Assembly (NCBI GenBank): GCA_964019335.1
Contig: OZ025709.1
Span: 442,389-506,388, forward strand
Reading direction: 5' to 3'
Length of the DNA stretch: 64,000 nt
From: Diplonema japonicum
Taxonomy: Eukaryota; Protista; Euglenozoa: Diplonemea
The notes under the pieces: generated by a model
Told to the model about the DNA's origin: nothing
The model's input: the letters and a program-made list of their open reading frames with translations, nothing else
Databases searched by the model: none
In this document: piece by piece, positions 1-11,350 of the stretch
Numbering within the stretch: position 1 is the stretch's first letter
How the letters are laid out: every line of letters begins with the position of its first letter
Made by a program: the position numbers and the translations under genes

Positions 1-3000
1 AGGTAGCAGATTGTGTCACCGCTACAAACACTTGCGTGGCAGCTGCCGTGCAGCAGCCACCTCCACTCCTCGTCAAAGCGCAACAATGGGAGCCAGTCGG
101 TGATGACGCTGTCACTGTGCAAGTAAAGTGATGTGTTATAAGCATGCTTTTCTAAACGCCTGCTCTCGGCGTGATTTACCCCCATCTCCAGAATGACCCG
201 CACATCCGTGGCCTCTGCATCCTCGCAGTACTGCACCCACCGTCTCACGTGTTCAGAAAAGATAGCGTCGTTCTCTATCTCGTTGCTGCGGTTAGCCCGA
301 GTGGTGTGGTAGTTTTTGTTCTCACATTCCTCCAACAGCGGCAGCGTCATCTCGTTGATGCACAATGTACTCAGCTTGACAACCTTTAGCAGATTCGAGT
401 ATGGGATTGCTATGTTGTGCAAGCTATGGCGCCCTTCCGGCCTTTCGTCAGCGGTGATGTCTTTAAAATACAGCTGATCAACTGGCCTCAGCACACCTTC
501 CACATCAGGTGCAACTAATCTCTCGCAGTCCAGTTCAGGGAGATCCGGGAACGACTCAACTGCCTCCAAGCACTTCAACCATATGTTGTTTTGCATTTCT
601 TCAGAACATTTTGAAGGGCGCAGTGCAAGCCCTTCAAGGACAGCTAAGTAGTTCCCTACTGACAGCTTCGCTTCGATGTGCCTAAACACGGGGTAGCCAC
701 TCATGTCAAGTGGCAGCTGTGTCACGAAGGGCTCCAGCGAGTCAGCCATGCCATCGCGTGTCACCTGCCAGCTTTCCATGAACTGCCGCAACTTGTCACT
801 CCATATCCACTTTCCCGACCTCTTCAGCTCCCCGATGGTGTCGTAGTTGCGTTCGCATGTGAGTCTAATGTAGTGCCTCTGTATGACTTCTGCCCTTGCA
901 CTGCCATGGGCGGAGAAGGCGTTGATGCTCTCCACGAGCACTGCGTCCGTGATATTGGCAGACACCCGCACATTGAGGAACCTCTTCAAGAACACATCAT
1001 CATGCAGACACCCGAAATCACCCACCACACGCACACACCCCAGGTCATCGTGGTTCCACACCTCTGTTTCTGCTGGTGCAACGAAAGTACCAAACGTGCT
1101 GCCCAGCCACGGCCCCTCCCAGTCGCACGGTTTCTCCTTTACAGGAATGTACTTGATGCTCTGGAGCTTGCGGAACATGGCATTCAAATTGTCCGCAAGA
1201 TCGTTCGGTGTGCAGGCTCCAACAGAACGTCTCTTGAGGTAGTCTACGAGTACGTGGGCCGCTTTGACTGGGGACTGCGCCTTCTCTATGTTCTCAGCAG
1301 CAGTGAGGATCTCATCAGGCGCCAGTTGTGTGCGCAGGCCGACCTTCTTCAGCAGACCCTCCAAAGCAGCCTCCTTGACAAGCACGCCGCTGAGCTCGTC
1401 TCGAAGGTACGGGAACTTGTTTTCCATGACGCTCGTTTCGAGGCAGGTTGTCGGGGACACGAGACTTCCTGCGACAGAGGTGACGAACTCCAGTTGTGAC
1501 ACGTCCTTCTTAACAAGGTCGAGTGTGTGCTCCAAGTTCAGAACGGTCCGCATGAGATCAGACACCTTCTGCACAGGGATCTCTTTGGCTTCAATCTTTT
1601 TAAAAACCGTTCTCAAAAGCTCTTCCGTCCTTTCGTATTTGGCAATCTTGGACCTGTCCAGCATGACAGCGATGTCGCCCCCCTCGTTCAGCACCCCGGG
1701 GAGGTCCAGCTCCACCAGTTGCTCACGAAGTTCAGCCTCTATCTCAGAAGACATCAGCAGCGCGTTTTCGGGAAGCTTACGCAGAGCCGTGCTTCCACAG
1801 ACACGCAGCATGGCCGTTTGTTGGCACAGGTACAGGGTGTAGTGTCTGTTTTCTGCGCGGCTTGCCTGCACGAGCAAGTCTAGAAGATCCCGTGCATGCT
1901 TTCCTTCGGATGGTGCCCCGTGTGCCTTGACACTCTCGACCACTGCCCTCACCGCGTCACTTGGGCTGTCCCCATCGACGAATTTCTCAATCCCTTGTAT
2001 TCTCGGAACCATCTTCACACCTGTCCACCGCAGTACTTCTGACAGTGTGCCATCCTCCTCGGGAAGTAAGTAAGACCGCACACGCTGGTGCAGGGGCTCG
2101 AAGTTGAGGTCTCCGTTGCCATCGTCCACAGGCAGCACAGATAGGTCGTCCAGGCAATGGCTTTGGTTGGAGGCTCTCTTAATTGGCGTCTTTGTGTCGA
2201 GCCACGTCCACAGGATTCGTGCCCAGTCTTCGGTCACCTCAAAACCACCATCCTCGTCAAGGATGCTCGGGATGTCCTCTACCTCAAGCTGCCTTACGAA
2301 CTTTGAATCTTTAAGTAAGTACTCCACCTCTTTCAAGCACCTCATCACCTTGCCCGAGTTCAAAGGGAGCACCACTTGTTCCTCCACTTGTTGCGGGAAG
2401 ATAACTACGTTGTCCTCGCTGAACGCCTGCACAGTACCGTCGTAAAGGTGGCACAACATGCACCCCGCAAGGTCCTCAACATCGTCAGAACTGCGTGTGA
2501 ATGTCGAAAGCAACCACGCAGCGTCCTCGCGGCAAGGCGCGACCTTTTTGTCTCGCAGCCAGCTTCGTATCACACTTCCACTAAGCCGGGGGGGCGCTTC
2601 GTGACAGCATTCCTCGAGAGCCTCCTGCATAAAGGGGAGGACCGTAACTACTGAGCATCCTATCCTTTGGAAGACTTCCTGTTCTTTCTTCGTGCAGCTC
2701 TCTAGTTTTGTTATCGGCGGCCACGCCTCGAGCTTCTTGCCGCAACAGGTGTAGAAAATGCCTGGGTGATCCAGAACCTTGTTGTAGAAAGCTTTTGAAA
2801 AGTACTGCACATGCTCAGCACTGTCACCAGTGTGAGGGAACAGGTGCGTCGGTGTCGTTCCGGTCTGCGAGGCACGCACGGTAATGAGCTCCAGCAGTGC
2901 GTCCACAGCATTGTCCAGGTAGCTCTTGTTGATCTTCGACCACTTCTCCTTGTCGCCTCCGTACCCGTCTTGAACTGCGAAGATCGTGCGCCTGTCGGAG

Positions 3001-6000
3001 CTTGTCCAGAACAGTGCGTCTATGTGTGCCTGGCTCTGCGTCTCGATGGGAAGGGGCAGCCTTGCGAAAAAGCGCCCTTTCTCGTCCGCGTCTTCGCCCG
3101 CCGCGTCACACAACACGGCGACAGTGGCCCCACCGACGTGGCACATTAAGTATCTGCGTGGAGTCACAACCTCGCCATCCCCTTCGCTGTGCGTGGTGGT
3201 GCGGATGGTCACGCATTGCGTCCCGTCTGCGTTGTCGCTGCTGCTGCGCACGAGCTCTACCAATGTCCTGTTGTCGCCGTCCCTTGTGACCTCACTTACA
3301 ACAAGCTCGTTGAGCGACCTCAGGAAGAGCAAGATGAGGTGCCCTTCGCTCACATGTTTCTCCACCATGCTGCGCCACTGGGTTTCTCCAAACACGTAGT
3401 CTCTGATGTCGCTCTCGTCTGCCTTCTCCTCGCTCCGAACAGGGAGTCTTATCAACGTTCCGTCGAAGTGCCTGTCCTCCCCAAACGAGTAACCCAGTGA
3501 CTTGTATGGACGGAACTGATCAGGCCACATTTCCGGGAAGTCCCTCTTGTCCATCTCCAGCTTGATGCCAGGCTTGTCGGGTGTCGCACCGACGTCCTCA
3601 AGGTGCTTCACGTGCGGGTCCAGGAACAGAATGGCTTGCCCGCTCAGGATGGTAGGCTGGTCCGTCAAGTTATAGCATGCGTTGAACCCCAAGCCGTGGC
3701 GGCCGATCTTCACATCCTCCTCGCCTCGCTTGCCCCCCACGCCCAGTCTGGTGATCGCGCGCCAATCCTTGCTCGAAAATAATGCGTCGTTGTAGAAACA
3801 CAGTGCCGGCCCTTGCCACGAGTGCATGCCCCTGGACAGGAGGGACTTCGTTCCGTGGCTGCGTCTGTCAAAGATCATGTGCATGCTCTTTGCGCCTGCG
3901 TCTTCAGCATTCTGAGCGAATTCCAGCGGCAATGAAGCAATCTGGTAGTCCTTCACAGTGTTCTTCAACCTGACTGTGAGAGGTTCCTGCTGTCCCATTA
4001 CGCACATGCCGTCGTCGCTTCCCCACACTTGTTGCTTGCCCTCTGCCACCATCATGCTCCCAAGGTTCTGCGCACCGAGGAACAAGGCGGTAGCAAAAGG
4101 GATGTCTTCGTGCAGCAGACTCTGGTCTGCATCATCTAGTTTCGGGTCCGTCTTCAGCCACGCCATGTTGTTGACAACCACTTTCGATGCAGGGCGCAGG
4201 TACCCGTTGGTGTCCAACAGCAGTGCCCCATCAAGGCCTCCTCCTCCTTTTGAAACACTGCAACGCAGTTGTCCAATCACCTTCACACATACATCCTTCT
4301 TGTCCGCGTCAAGAGAGTCTCCAGCCGCCTTCTCGTTGATGGCATGCAGCACGCGCAGTAGGTCCTCCACACTTGGTTGTTCCGCAAGACCCTCGAATAC
4401 CTTCATGTTGCTCCACGAACGGGGTATGGACCACAGGTAGGGCTCAGCATCTGTGTGCTGCGATTTGAAAACCTCATTCCTTGTAACTAATTTGAAGCCA
4501 GATGGAAGCTCCAAGCACACCCACTTGAAGTCCTCTGGAAACTCAGGTTCTGCTTCGAGATGCTTGTAGATGAGCTCGCAGGTTTCCACAGCTTCCTTCC
4601 ACTGGTCGGGACACGCTTCCAACCCAGAGGGGAGTGTCTGCAGATTCCTCACCATGTCGTCCTCCGCAGGTTGCAGTGGGACCTCCAGCATGTCAAGCAC
4701 GCTCTCAGGTAGGTCCCTGTGCAAGATAGGTGCGACTTGCCCCACAAGCCTCGCACTTTCTTCCGAGTAGCGTGTCACGTTTCCTTCACCTGCCATGCTG
4801 CAGAGGTCTGGGGACCCGTCCCTTGGCAGCCACCGACATCCTCGCACTTCTTCCAAACCCTCAAAGCCAACGGGATGCCTTTCCAGATACCGTCCCAGCA
4901 TCAACGCGGTCTCTCTATCCTCTACCCTGCTGAATAGTAGACGCAGCTCATCTTCGTTCACCACATCCCTCAACCCAAGGGTTTTCAGGGGCGCCACAAG
5001 CCTCTCTTCAGCAGCCCACTCTTCACACATGGTGCACTCAAGCAGGTTGCTCAACCCCGTGAACTTTCGTTCGTCAAGCAACAGCAGGGCCTCCGAAGGG
5101 GTTCGGTATCCTCCACGGGTTGGAACGAAGGCTTCTGCTGCTAGAGCGCGGAGAGCCCTGTCGTCGCATCCATCATCCAGTGTCGGGATGATCTCTTTCA
5201 AGACGCGTGAGTAGCATGCAGGGTCAATGGCACATTTGTTTGGGATCAAACAGTTCAGCAAAACCTCTTCTACACTAGCGCTGGGCACCTCAAAGCAGCG
5301 CGTGAGGCATGTCTCCTCGCGAACAAGCATCTTGAAGTCCAACCCCGTCTCTGCGATGGTGTTCACGAGCTGCTCGTGTATGTCAGGAGGAAGTAGCTTG
5401 GTGTCGTGACCTACGGAGGAGGACGTCATCTCTGAGCCTGGAAACTTCATGAAGAGAGGAAGTGATTTGAGGCTCTCGGCATGCTCCCTGAGAATGGGTT
5501 CCCCCGCATCTTCAAGCATCCTGCGCACTCTCAGCCACTCCTTCGCGGGTGCGGTGACCAGGTCCGGTTCCACAATCCTTCTTCTTCCAAGAGCCTCAGC
5601 AAAGCTGTCAGGACTGTACTGTAAGAACAAGCGTTCGCAGATGTGCCTGGGGACATCGGAGGAAGCAAGTACGAAAACACCACAAGCTGCCAAGATCTCT
5701 ACCAGCTCGCTGCCTAGCTTCCCGATCTCATAAAAGGTGCTTCTGCGGTTGCTGAATTCTATGACCTCCCCACCACCACCACCAGCGCCTTCAACCGGGA
5801 GCACCACCAAAGGCCCCAAGACATCTATCCCTTCCGTCCCCAAACTTCCTTCCTGTGTTGCTTCCGCCAACCACCCCCAAAGAGCTTGTTTCTGAACGGT
5901 CGTGATGTCCCCCTGCAGCAAAAACAACCGAGCCACAGTGTCGTAGTCGAGAGTGCTCAGCGTCTTCGCCTCGTGCAGCTTGCTGGCCGTCTCGACAGGC

Positions 6001-7850
6001 ACGTCGGCAACACGAGCCGACCCTACATCAACAAAGCTCTCCAGAAGTACCCTTTCAGCTTTCGTCTTCAGGGCAATGATGGGCTGCGGCGCGCCCCCGG
6101 CTGTCGGGAGCGCCACAACGCTGTCACACCCAAAGAGGGGGCACAGGTTGCAGCCACCGACATCACCTCCATCGCTGAGGCAGTACTCCAGGACCGTCCA
6201 CGTGTCCTCGCGAGACAGGGGCCAAGACCTTTCTCTGTTTCCTTGAAGCCGTCCACGAATGGTTTCTGGTGACTCCTGCTGGCACCCTAACCCTCGGTAC
6301 TCATCCCACACACCGAGACCGAGTGGCACGACCGGGATGCCCAAAGATGTCCACAGGGGGTCAAGCGGGTTGGGGCCACCCGACGTCCTGACCTCTTCCA
6401 GCGGGCGCACCAGGAAGTCGAAGGTCTCAAGAGGCTCGCCGGCAAGGTCGCAGTGCATCCGAGGATGCGAAGGTGCGTTGCTGTAAAAGTACGTGGCGAG
6501 CTTCTTCAGGTACGGGACACTGGTGTGCGAGGTGACGGGGAACAACCTCAACGGAGTCTCCCTGTCGAACGCGGCGCGGTGTTCCAGGTACAGCGTCCAC
6601 ACACGCGCAACCTCCTGCAGAGAGGCCTCGTTGCTGGCTGCAGCGCTGTGGTCGTCAAGCACAAGTGAGCGTCGGTCCGAGCTGGACACAAAGTTGGCGC
6701 TCACGCTGACCGGGGTGCCCGTCTGCAAATCACCCACAGGCAGCCTGCAGCAGATGCTGCCCTGGGTGTCTCGGGTGGCCTGCACCGGCACGGCGACACT
6801 TACCTCACCCTCTTCCAAGATGTGGAACTCGCACTCACTCTTTTTCGGATCATCATAATACTGGGTCAGGAGAGAGATGCTCGGGCTCAAGCTGGAGTGC
6901 CTTTCGACAGCGATCCTCCTGCGTGCCCTCAGCACGGGCGGTCCTCCCTCTCCTTCGTTGTGTTCCCAAAGCTCAACGGTTTCTATGTTTCGAAGAAACA
7001 AGCGGTTCTTGTGACCACCCTCTTGCTCCGCACACACAAACTGCTCCCAGTCCAAACAAGACTTGCAGATTTCAGAAAGGGCGGCCGTCTCTTTTGTGCG
7101 GAGCGGCATGTGGATCACCGACCCTGGGAAGTCCCTTCCCTCCTTGAAGGCGGTCGGGTCTTCGGTGCACAGCTCGGCGATCGAGGAAAGGGGGGCGAAC
7201 TGATCGGGGTAGAACCTCATTACATCTACTTTGTCCAACGAGATCCTTGCACCTGGCCGGGCAGCGTCGGCGAGACCCTTCAGGTACCTCACATGCGGGT
7301 CGAGAAAGAGTGCCCCTGACCCGCTCACCACCACAGGTATGTCAGTGATGTTGTAAGCCGCGTTGAAGCCCAACCCGTGTCGACCAATCTTCCCCTCCCT
7401 CATACGCTTCGCACCCGTTCCAAGGGACTGCACGCCTTCCCAGTCCTCGCTCTTGAAGCTCGCGTCGTTCCAGAAGTTCAAACTGGGCCCCTGAAGATCT
7501 TGCATCTCCCGAGTCAAGAATTTATTGCCCCCCACCTTCGGTGTTAGCAGGACCACCTTGAGCTTCGTAGCACCAGCGTCATCTGCATTTTGGATCATCT
7601 CCCTGAACAGCGCCACCTCGGTGTAGTCCTTCAAGATGTTCCGCAGCCTCGTTGTCAAGGGCTCGCTCTGCCCACAGGCGCTCACTCCGAGTGGGATCTG
7701 TTGCGCGGGTTCGGATCCGAGAACAGCGGGAACAGTGGGAACAGCGGCGTTGAGACTCATTGCCCCGTAGAACTCTGCGATTGCCCTGGCTACTTTCAAC
7801 CCTTCCTCCTTTACAGAGGTTGTGGCATCCTCCTCTTGCTCTCGTGGCAT
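1..7850 (-). CDS. Sacsin-like protein (>2600 aa, runs off the left edge) with two GHKL/HSP90-like sacsin repeats
   Basis: Absent from the ORF track, consistent with no in-frame stop inside the window. Manual translation from ATG 7850 (alternative 7760) gives GQSEPLTTRLRNILKDY..EMIQNADDAGAT..KIGRHGLGFNAAY. A second repeat at ~4000-3600 reads GQQEPLTVRLKNTVKDY..EFAQNAEDAGA..KIGRHGLGFNACYNLTDQP. The same frame is open at positions 3-160. The middle was not translated codon by codon. Confidence 0.9.
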   Translation of the reverse strand, partial: MPREQEEDATTSVKEEGLKVARAIAEFYGAMSLNAAVPTVPAVLGSEPAQQIPLGVSACGQSEPLTTRLRNILKDYTEVALFREMIQNADDAGATKLKVVLLTPKVGGNKFLTREMQDLQGPSLNFWNDASFKSEDWEGVQSLGTGAKRMREGKIGRHGLGFNAAYNITDIPVVVSGSGALFLDPHVRYLKGLADAARPGARISLDKVDVMRFYPDQFAPLSSIAELCTEDPTAFKEGRDFPGSVIHMPLRTKETAALSEICKSCLDWEQFVCAEQEGGHKNRLFLRNIETVELWEHNEGEGGPPVLRARRRIAVERHSSLSPSISLLTQYYDDPKKSECEFHILEEGEVSVAVPVQATRDTQGSICCRLPVGDLQTGTPVSVSANFVSSSDRRSLVLDDHSAAASNEASLQEVARVWTLYLEHRAAFDRETPLRLFPVTSHTSVPYLKKLATYFYSNAPSHPRMHCDLAGEPLETFDFLVRPLEEVRTSGGPNPLDPLWTSLGIPVVPLGLGVWDEYRGLGCQQESPETIRGRLQGNRERSWPLSREDTWTVLEYCLSDGGDVGGCNLCPLFGCDSVVALPTAGGAPQPIIALKTKAERVLLESFVDVGSARVADVPVETASKLHEAKTLSTLDYDTVARLFLLQGDITTVQKQALWGWLAEATQEGSLGTEGIDVLGPLVVLPVEGAGGGGGEVIEFSNRRSTFYEIGKLGSELVEILAACGVFVLASSDVPRHICERLFLQYSPDSFAEALGRRRIVEPDLVTAPAKEWLRVRRMLEDAGEPILREHAESLKSLPLFMKFPGSEMTSSSVGHDTKLLPPDIHEQLVNTIAETGLDFKMLVREETCLTRCFEVPSASVEEVLLNCLIPNKCAIDPACYSRVLKEIIPTLDDGCDDRALRALAAEAFVPTRGGYRTPSEALLLLDERKFTGLSNLLECTMCEEWAAEERLVAPLKTLGLRDVVNEDELRLLFSRVEDRETALMLGRYLERHPVGFEGLEEVRGCRWLPRDGSPDLCSMAGEGNVTRYSEESARLVGQVAPILHRDLPESVLDMLEVPLQPAEDDMVRNLQTLPSGLEACPDQWKEAVETCELIYKHLEAEPEFPEDFKWVCLELPSGFKLVTRNEVFKSQHTDAEPYLWSIPRSWSNMKVFEGLAEQPSVEDLLRVLHAINEKAAGDSLDADKKDVCVKVIGQLRCSVSKGGGGLDGALLLDTNGYLRPASKVVVNNMAWLKTDPKLDDADQSLLHEDIPFATALFLGAQNLGSMMVAEGKQQVWGSDDGMCVMGQQEPLTVRLKNTVKDYQIASLPLEFAQNAEDAGAKSMHMIFDRRSHGTKSLLSRGMHSWQGPALCFYNDALFSSKDWRAITRLGVGGKRGEEDVKIGRHGLGFNACYNLTDQPTILSGQAILFLDPHVKHLEDVGATPDKPGIKLEMDKRDFPEMWPDQFRPYKSLGYSFGEDRHFDGTLIRLPVRSEEKADESDIRDYVFGETQWRSMVEKHVSEGHLILLFLRSLNELVVSEVTRDGDNRTLVELVRSSSDNADGTQCVTIRTTTHSEGDGEVVTPRRYLMCHVGGATVAVLCDAAGEDADEKGRFFARLPLPIETQSQAHIDALFWTSSDRRTIFAVQDGYGGDKEKWSKINKSYLDNAVDALLELITVRASQTGTTPTHLFPHTGDSAEHVQYFSKAFYNKVLDHPGIFYTCCGKKLEAWPPITKLESCTKKEQEVFQRIGCSVVTVLPFMQEALEECCHEAPPRLSGSVIRSWLRDKKVAPCREDAAWLLSTFTRSSDDVEDLAGCMLCHLYDGTVQAFSEDNVVIFPQQVEEQVVLPLNSGKVMRCLKEVEYLLKDSKFVRQLEVEDIPSILDEDGGFEVTEDWARILWTWLDTKTPIKRASNQSHCLDDLSVLPVDDGNGDLNFEPLHQRVRSYLLPEEDGTLSEVLRWTGVKMVPRIQGIEKFVDGDSPSDAVRAVVESVKAHGAPSEGKHARDLLDLLVQASRAENRHYTLYLCQQTAMLRVCGSTALRKLPENALLMSSEIEAELREQLVELDLPGVLNEGGDIAVMLDRSKIAKYERTEELLRTVFKKIEAKEIPVQKVSDLMRTVLNLEHTLDLVKKDVSQLEFVTSVAGSLVSPTTCLETSVMENKFPYLRDELSGVLVKEAALEGLLKKVGLRTQLAPDEILTAAENIEKAQSPVKAAHVLVDYLKRRSVGACTPNDLADNLNAMFRKLQSIKYIPVKEKPCDWEGPWLGSTFGTFVAPAETEVWNHDDLGCVRVVGDFGCLHDDVFLKRFLNVRVSANITDAVLVESINAFSAHGSARAEVIQRHYIRLTCERNYDTIGELKRSGKWIWSDKLRQFMESWQVTRDGMADSLEPFVTQLPLDMSGYPVFRHIEAKLSVGNYLAVLEGLALRPSKCSEEMQNNIWLKCLEAVESFPDLPELDCERLVAPDVEGVLRPVDQLYFKDITADERPEGRHSLHNIAIPYSNLLKVVKLSTLCINEMTLPLLEECENKNYHTTRANRSNEIENDAIFSEHVRRWVQYCEDAEATDVRVILEMGVNHAESRRLEKHAYNTSLYLHSDSVITDWLPLLRFDEEWRWLLHGSCHASVCSGDTICY

Positions 7851-8166
7851 GTCACACACAAGGGTCACGCAGCACCCCGCAAGAGTCCAGCAGGTAGTCC
7901 CCAGGGATGCAGCCTTCTCCGGAACTCTTGGCCTACTTGTTGTGCTCGACTCTTTTTTTTTTTTCGATGCTGAAATATTGTTGTGTGTATGGCCAACAGA
8001 CAATGGGTGTTTATTAATATGAACAAACTGAAAAGAAAAGAAAAAAGAAAGAAAAAGAAGAAAGAAAGAAAAAAGTGGGAGACCGTGCTCCATACAAGTC
8101 CTGATAAAGGTGTCGCACAAGGTGGCAGAGTATATAAAGTAAGGAAGGATCGTCACTTAAAGCGTG

Positions 8167-9099
8167 CTATTGCCGTCCGGTGCCCCAAGCCGGGTCATCA
8201 GGCGAGAGCGGGAGGGGTGCGGCAGGTCTTCGAAATGCTTGTCTTGCAAGCTGCTGGAGTTCGTGAACAGGTCGGGGGGGGGTGGCAGTAATTTTACATA
8301 GAAATTCATAGAAAAGGGTCAGCCATTGCTGACTGACGAACTCAAGATCGAGGGACGGCACAGCTCTGAAACCCACACTGATGCACATGCCGGGGTCTGC
8401 AATGTCAGCAGAGGCCATGCTGAAAGCCCTTGACTGCGAAGTCCCGACAGACACCCATTCGGAGTCGCTGCAGTTGTAAGCCTCCCAATGAGCGGTACCC
8501 TGTTCTTGTATATAGATCGCATGTGTGCCGCTGTTGCTCCTCATCACGATTGTGTTATTACAGACCTTGACCTCCGGCTCGTTAGGCCGTGTGCAGAGTG
8601 AGAACCTGACGCACACGGCCGACTCTGTCAGTGCCCTGTCCATCCCACGTGGTGTGATTTGCTGCTGAGAGGCAAGGACTGGGGATGCTGCAAGTGTCGT
8701 AAGGGGGGTGGTTGGTAGAATGGGGGGGGCTGGATTCACAGAAGGAGAAGGTAAAACAGGGGCAGAGACAGGTGGGGAGGTGGTGTAAGAAAGCGACGGC
8801 GATGGTGGTGCGCCTCGGAGGGCATCAAGACGCAGCTTCAAGCGGTGTGCTTCGACAAAATCTTCCATCAAAACAGCTTGCTTCTTGCGCTTCTCCAAAT
8901 CAACGATCTCCGTATCACCCACGTTCTTAACACTGCGCTTGTTGGCACTGGCAGGCATGCCTCCAAACGCGTATTCAACATTTCGCTCACGATCGTAAGT
9001 GGCACCACTTTTCCCTGGTGTGCTCCGCGCCACCCGCATGGGCGATGGCGGGTCCTTGTAATACAAAGGGGACAGTGGTGGTCCGGGGTACGCCGACAT
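8167..9099 (-). CDS. Hypothetical protein (~310 aa) with Pro/Ser-rich linker and a probable globular C-terminal domain
   Basis: GC-rich ORF from ATG 9099, bounded by AT-rich intergenic tracts and co-oriented with its neighbours. No motif recognised. Confidence 0.65.
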   Translation of the reverse strand: MSAYPGPPLSPLYYKDPPSPMRVARSTPGKSGATYDRERNVEYAFGGMPASANKRSVKNVGDTEIVDLEKRKKQAVLMEDFVEAHRLKLRLDALRGAPPSPSLSYTTSPPVSAPVLPSPSVNPAPPILPTTPLTTLAASPVLASQQQITPRGMDRALTESAVCVRFSLCTRPNEPEVKVCNNTIVMRSNSGTHAIYIQEQGTAHWEAYNCSDSEWVSVGTSQSRAFSMASADIADPGMCISVGFRAVPSLDLEFVSQQWLTLFYEFLCKITATPPRPVHELQQLARQAFRRPAAPLPLSPDDPAWGTGRQ

Positions 9100-9642
9100 C
9101 ACAGCTTAGGTCGGCTCCTGAGTATTATATTCGTGTTGCGACTGAGTGTTCTAGTGCTCAAATAAAAGGGGCGATATAAAAAAAAAAGAAATTAGAGGAA
9201 GAGGAGGCAGACCAGTACCTTTTTTTTTTTTTCTCTGTTTTCTTTTTTGAAAAGGTTGGGTGGCAATTTACTTTTTTTTTTTTTTGTGTTTTTTTATTTT
9301 TTTTATTATTATTTTTCTTTCCTGTTCGGTGCGAATGCTACTTGAATGCTGGAGATGGCAGTATGCACAGACCTTCCTTCAGAGATTGGAAACAGGGAAA
9401 AAAAAGGAGAAAGAAATAGAAACAAAAATAAAAATAAAAACAAAAATAAAAAGAGTGCATACACCGCGGTAAAGAGTCAAGACCCTAAGAGAGGGAATAA
9501 AAAAAAAAAGTGGGAGGAAAGAGAAGCAAGTAGAACATATGGCTACTTCTCTATTTGCTTGTGCGTTGTTTGTGGAGTCCTTTCACTGAACCCGACCGCT
9601 TTAATGAATTTCATCTATAAGCATTTATATAGTTAGGTGTTT

Positions 9643-9673
<31 letters not shown>

Positions 9674-10427
9674 TTTTGTTGATTACCGCAAAGCAAAACA
9701 AAAAGATTCTGGAAGGGAAAGCCCCTCATACCCCTCCAGATGAATCGCAAACGCTGAACCAGAAGAAAAAACCAAAACAGACCGGCAAGTGACACACCGA
9801 TTCAAAGAATAAGAAAGAAAATCTTTTAGTGGGAGTGGTGTTGTAGACCTGCAAACCCCGCACTATGCCGACTGGGCTCTGTGGCCCATGATGGATATGG
9901 TTGCAGTTTGTCTTTTCTTTTTTTTTTTTTTTTTTTTCTTCTTTTTTAACTCCCTCAGCACGAAGGTACTAGGAAAACAAACAGGATCCAAGAATAACCC
10001 ATCTCTTGGCTCTTGCAAGCACAAGGTGAAGAGAAATAGTCCTGTGGTTTTACATAAACTAGTATTGCACTCCTGAAAATGTAATAATATGGAAAATATT
10101 GCAAATCAACTTTTAAAAAATCAGGGGGGAAACAGTTCTATAATTTATCTGTTTCAAATAATCTGCACCCCAAATATTTTCTTTTCGCTCCATATTAAGT
10201 ACAAATACAGCACTGCCTTTAAAAAATATTTTATATAAAAGAAGAAACACGTTGGCATTAGTATTATTATTATTTTTTTTTCTTTCTTTTTAGTTGTAAA
10301 GTGAGGAAATGCCGAAAATGACATAAGACACCCATGTGAGGTTTCACTCCAAGTCCCTGGTAAAAGTATAAGAAATTATGGGAAAGGGAATTTATGAATA
10401 AATATACAGGGTGTCTTACCGTTACAG

Positions 10428-11201
10428 TTATTCACTGATGGTGCGCGAAGCATAGGTGACAAGGGCTTTAGCACATTCATCCTTGCTGAGCCAGTTGTTC
10501 TTGATGGATCGGTTGGCTATGTTCACAAACTTCTTCTGCTGGACCGGAGTCATGTGCCCACTAGCACCTAGCATCCCAAGCGACTTTGCGCACTCATACT
10601 TACTTGCAGCTCCTTTTTCAATCAACTTCACGGCAAGGTCCACAAATGTGTCTTGCATTGTGTTGTTCATATAGCCACTGACAGCCAACTGGCCTAAAGC
10701 CCTTGTGCACATCTCAGCACTGTGTCCCTTCTCAATAGCCTCCACAGCCACAGCAACAAAGTTCTGCCTCTGCTCCACAGTCATGTGATCACTTGCAGCA
10801 AACTGCCCCATGGCCATGGCACACTGCTCACTGCTTGACCAGTTTTTCTTGATGGAGTGTACAGCTACATCTGAGAAGGCTTGCTTCTGCCTTTCTGTCA
10901 TGTGCCCACTTGCTGCAAATCTCCCCAGGGCCTTTGTGCATTCATACTTACTCTCCCATCCCTCTTGGATACATTGAACAGCCTTGTCCACTACTCTATT
11001 TTTCTGATCTTCTGTCATGTGGTTAGCTGCTGCAAACCAACCCAATGCCTTTGCCGCTTCATACTTCACTGGCCAGCCATCTTCTATTGCGTGTATGGCT
11101 AACCCCACCAGCTCTTCAATTTCATCAGGTGTTGCAGTATTCCGCTTTGCAATGATCGTTCTGACCTTGGCCTCCTCACCCATGCTAGCATTGTTCCCCA
11201 T
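10428..11201 (-). CDS. HEAT/ARM-like alpha-solenoid protein (~257 aa) with possible N-myristoylation
   Basis: Likely start MGNNAS (MGxxxS) at 11201. About 5.5 repeats of ~39 aa: W.SKYECAKALG.FAASGHMT..Q...FVD.AV..I.KG. The upstream part of the listed ORF is poly-K/F noise. Confidence 0.75.
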   Translation of the reverse strand: MGNNASMGEEAKVRTIIAKRNTATPDEIEELVGLAIHAIEDGWPVKYEAAKALGWFAAANHMTEDQKNRVVDKAVQCIQEGWESKYECTKALGRFAASGHMTERQKQAFSDVAVHSIKKNWSSSEQCAMAMGQFAASDHMTVEQRQNFVAVAVEAIEKGHSAEMCTRALGQLAVSGYMNNTMQDTFVDLAVKLIEKGAASKYECAKSLGMLGASGHMTPVQQKKFVNIANRSIKNNWLSKDECAKALVTYASRTISE

Positions 11202-11317
11202 TAGGCTGTGTGAAGGCAGTGAAAAGGAAGAAATGGCTGGCAGCAATTGCAGTGAGAAAATAGCAAAACAAAAAGAAGACAAGTAGAGGGAAGAGAAAAT
11301 TTGAGCCACCTGGAAAA

Positions 11318-11350
<33 letters not shown>

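Noticed and set aside
171-8022. Dozens of plus-strand ORFs
   Set aside because: They are antisense shadows of the sacsin-like gene.
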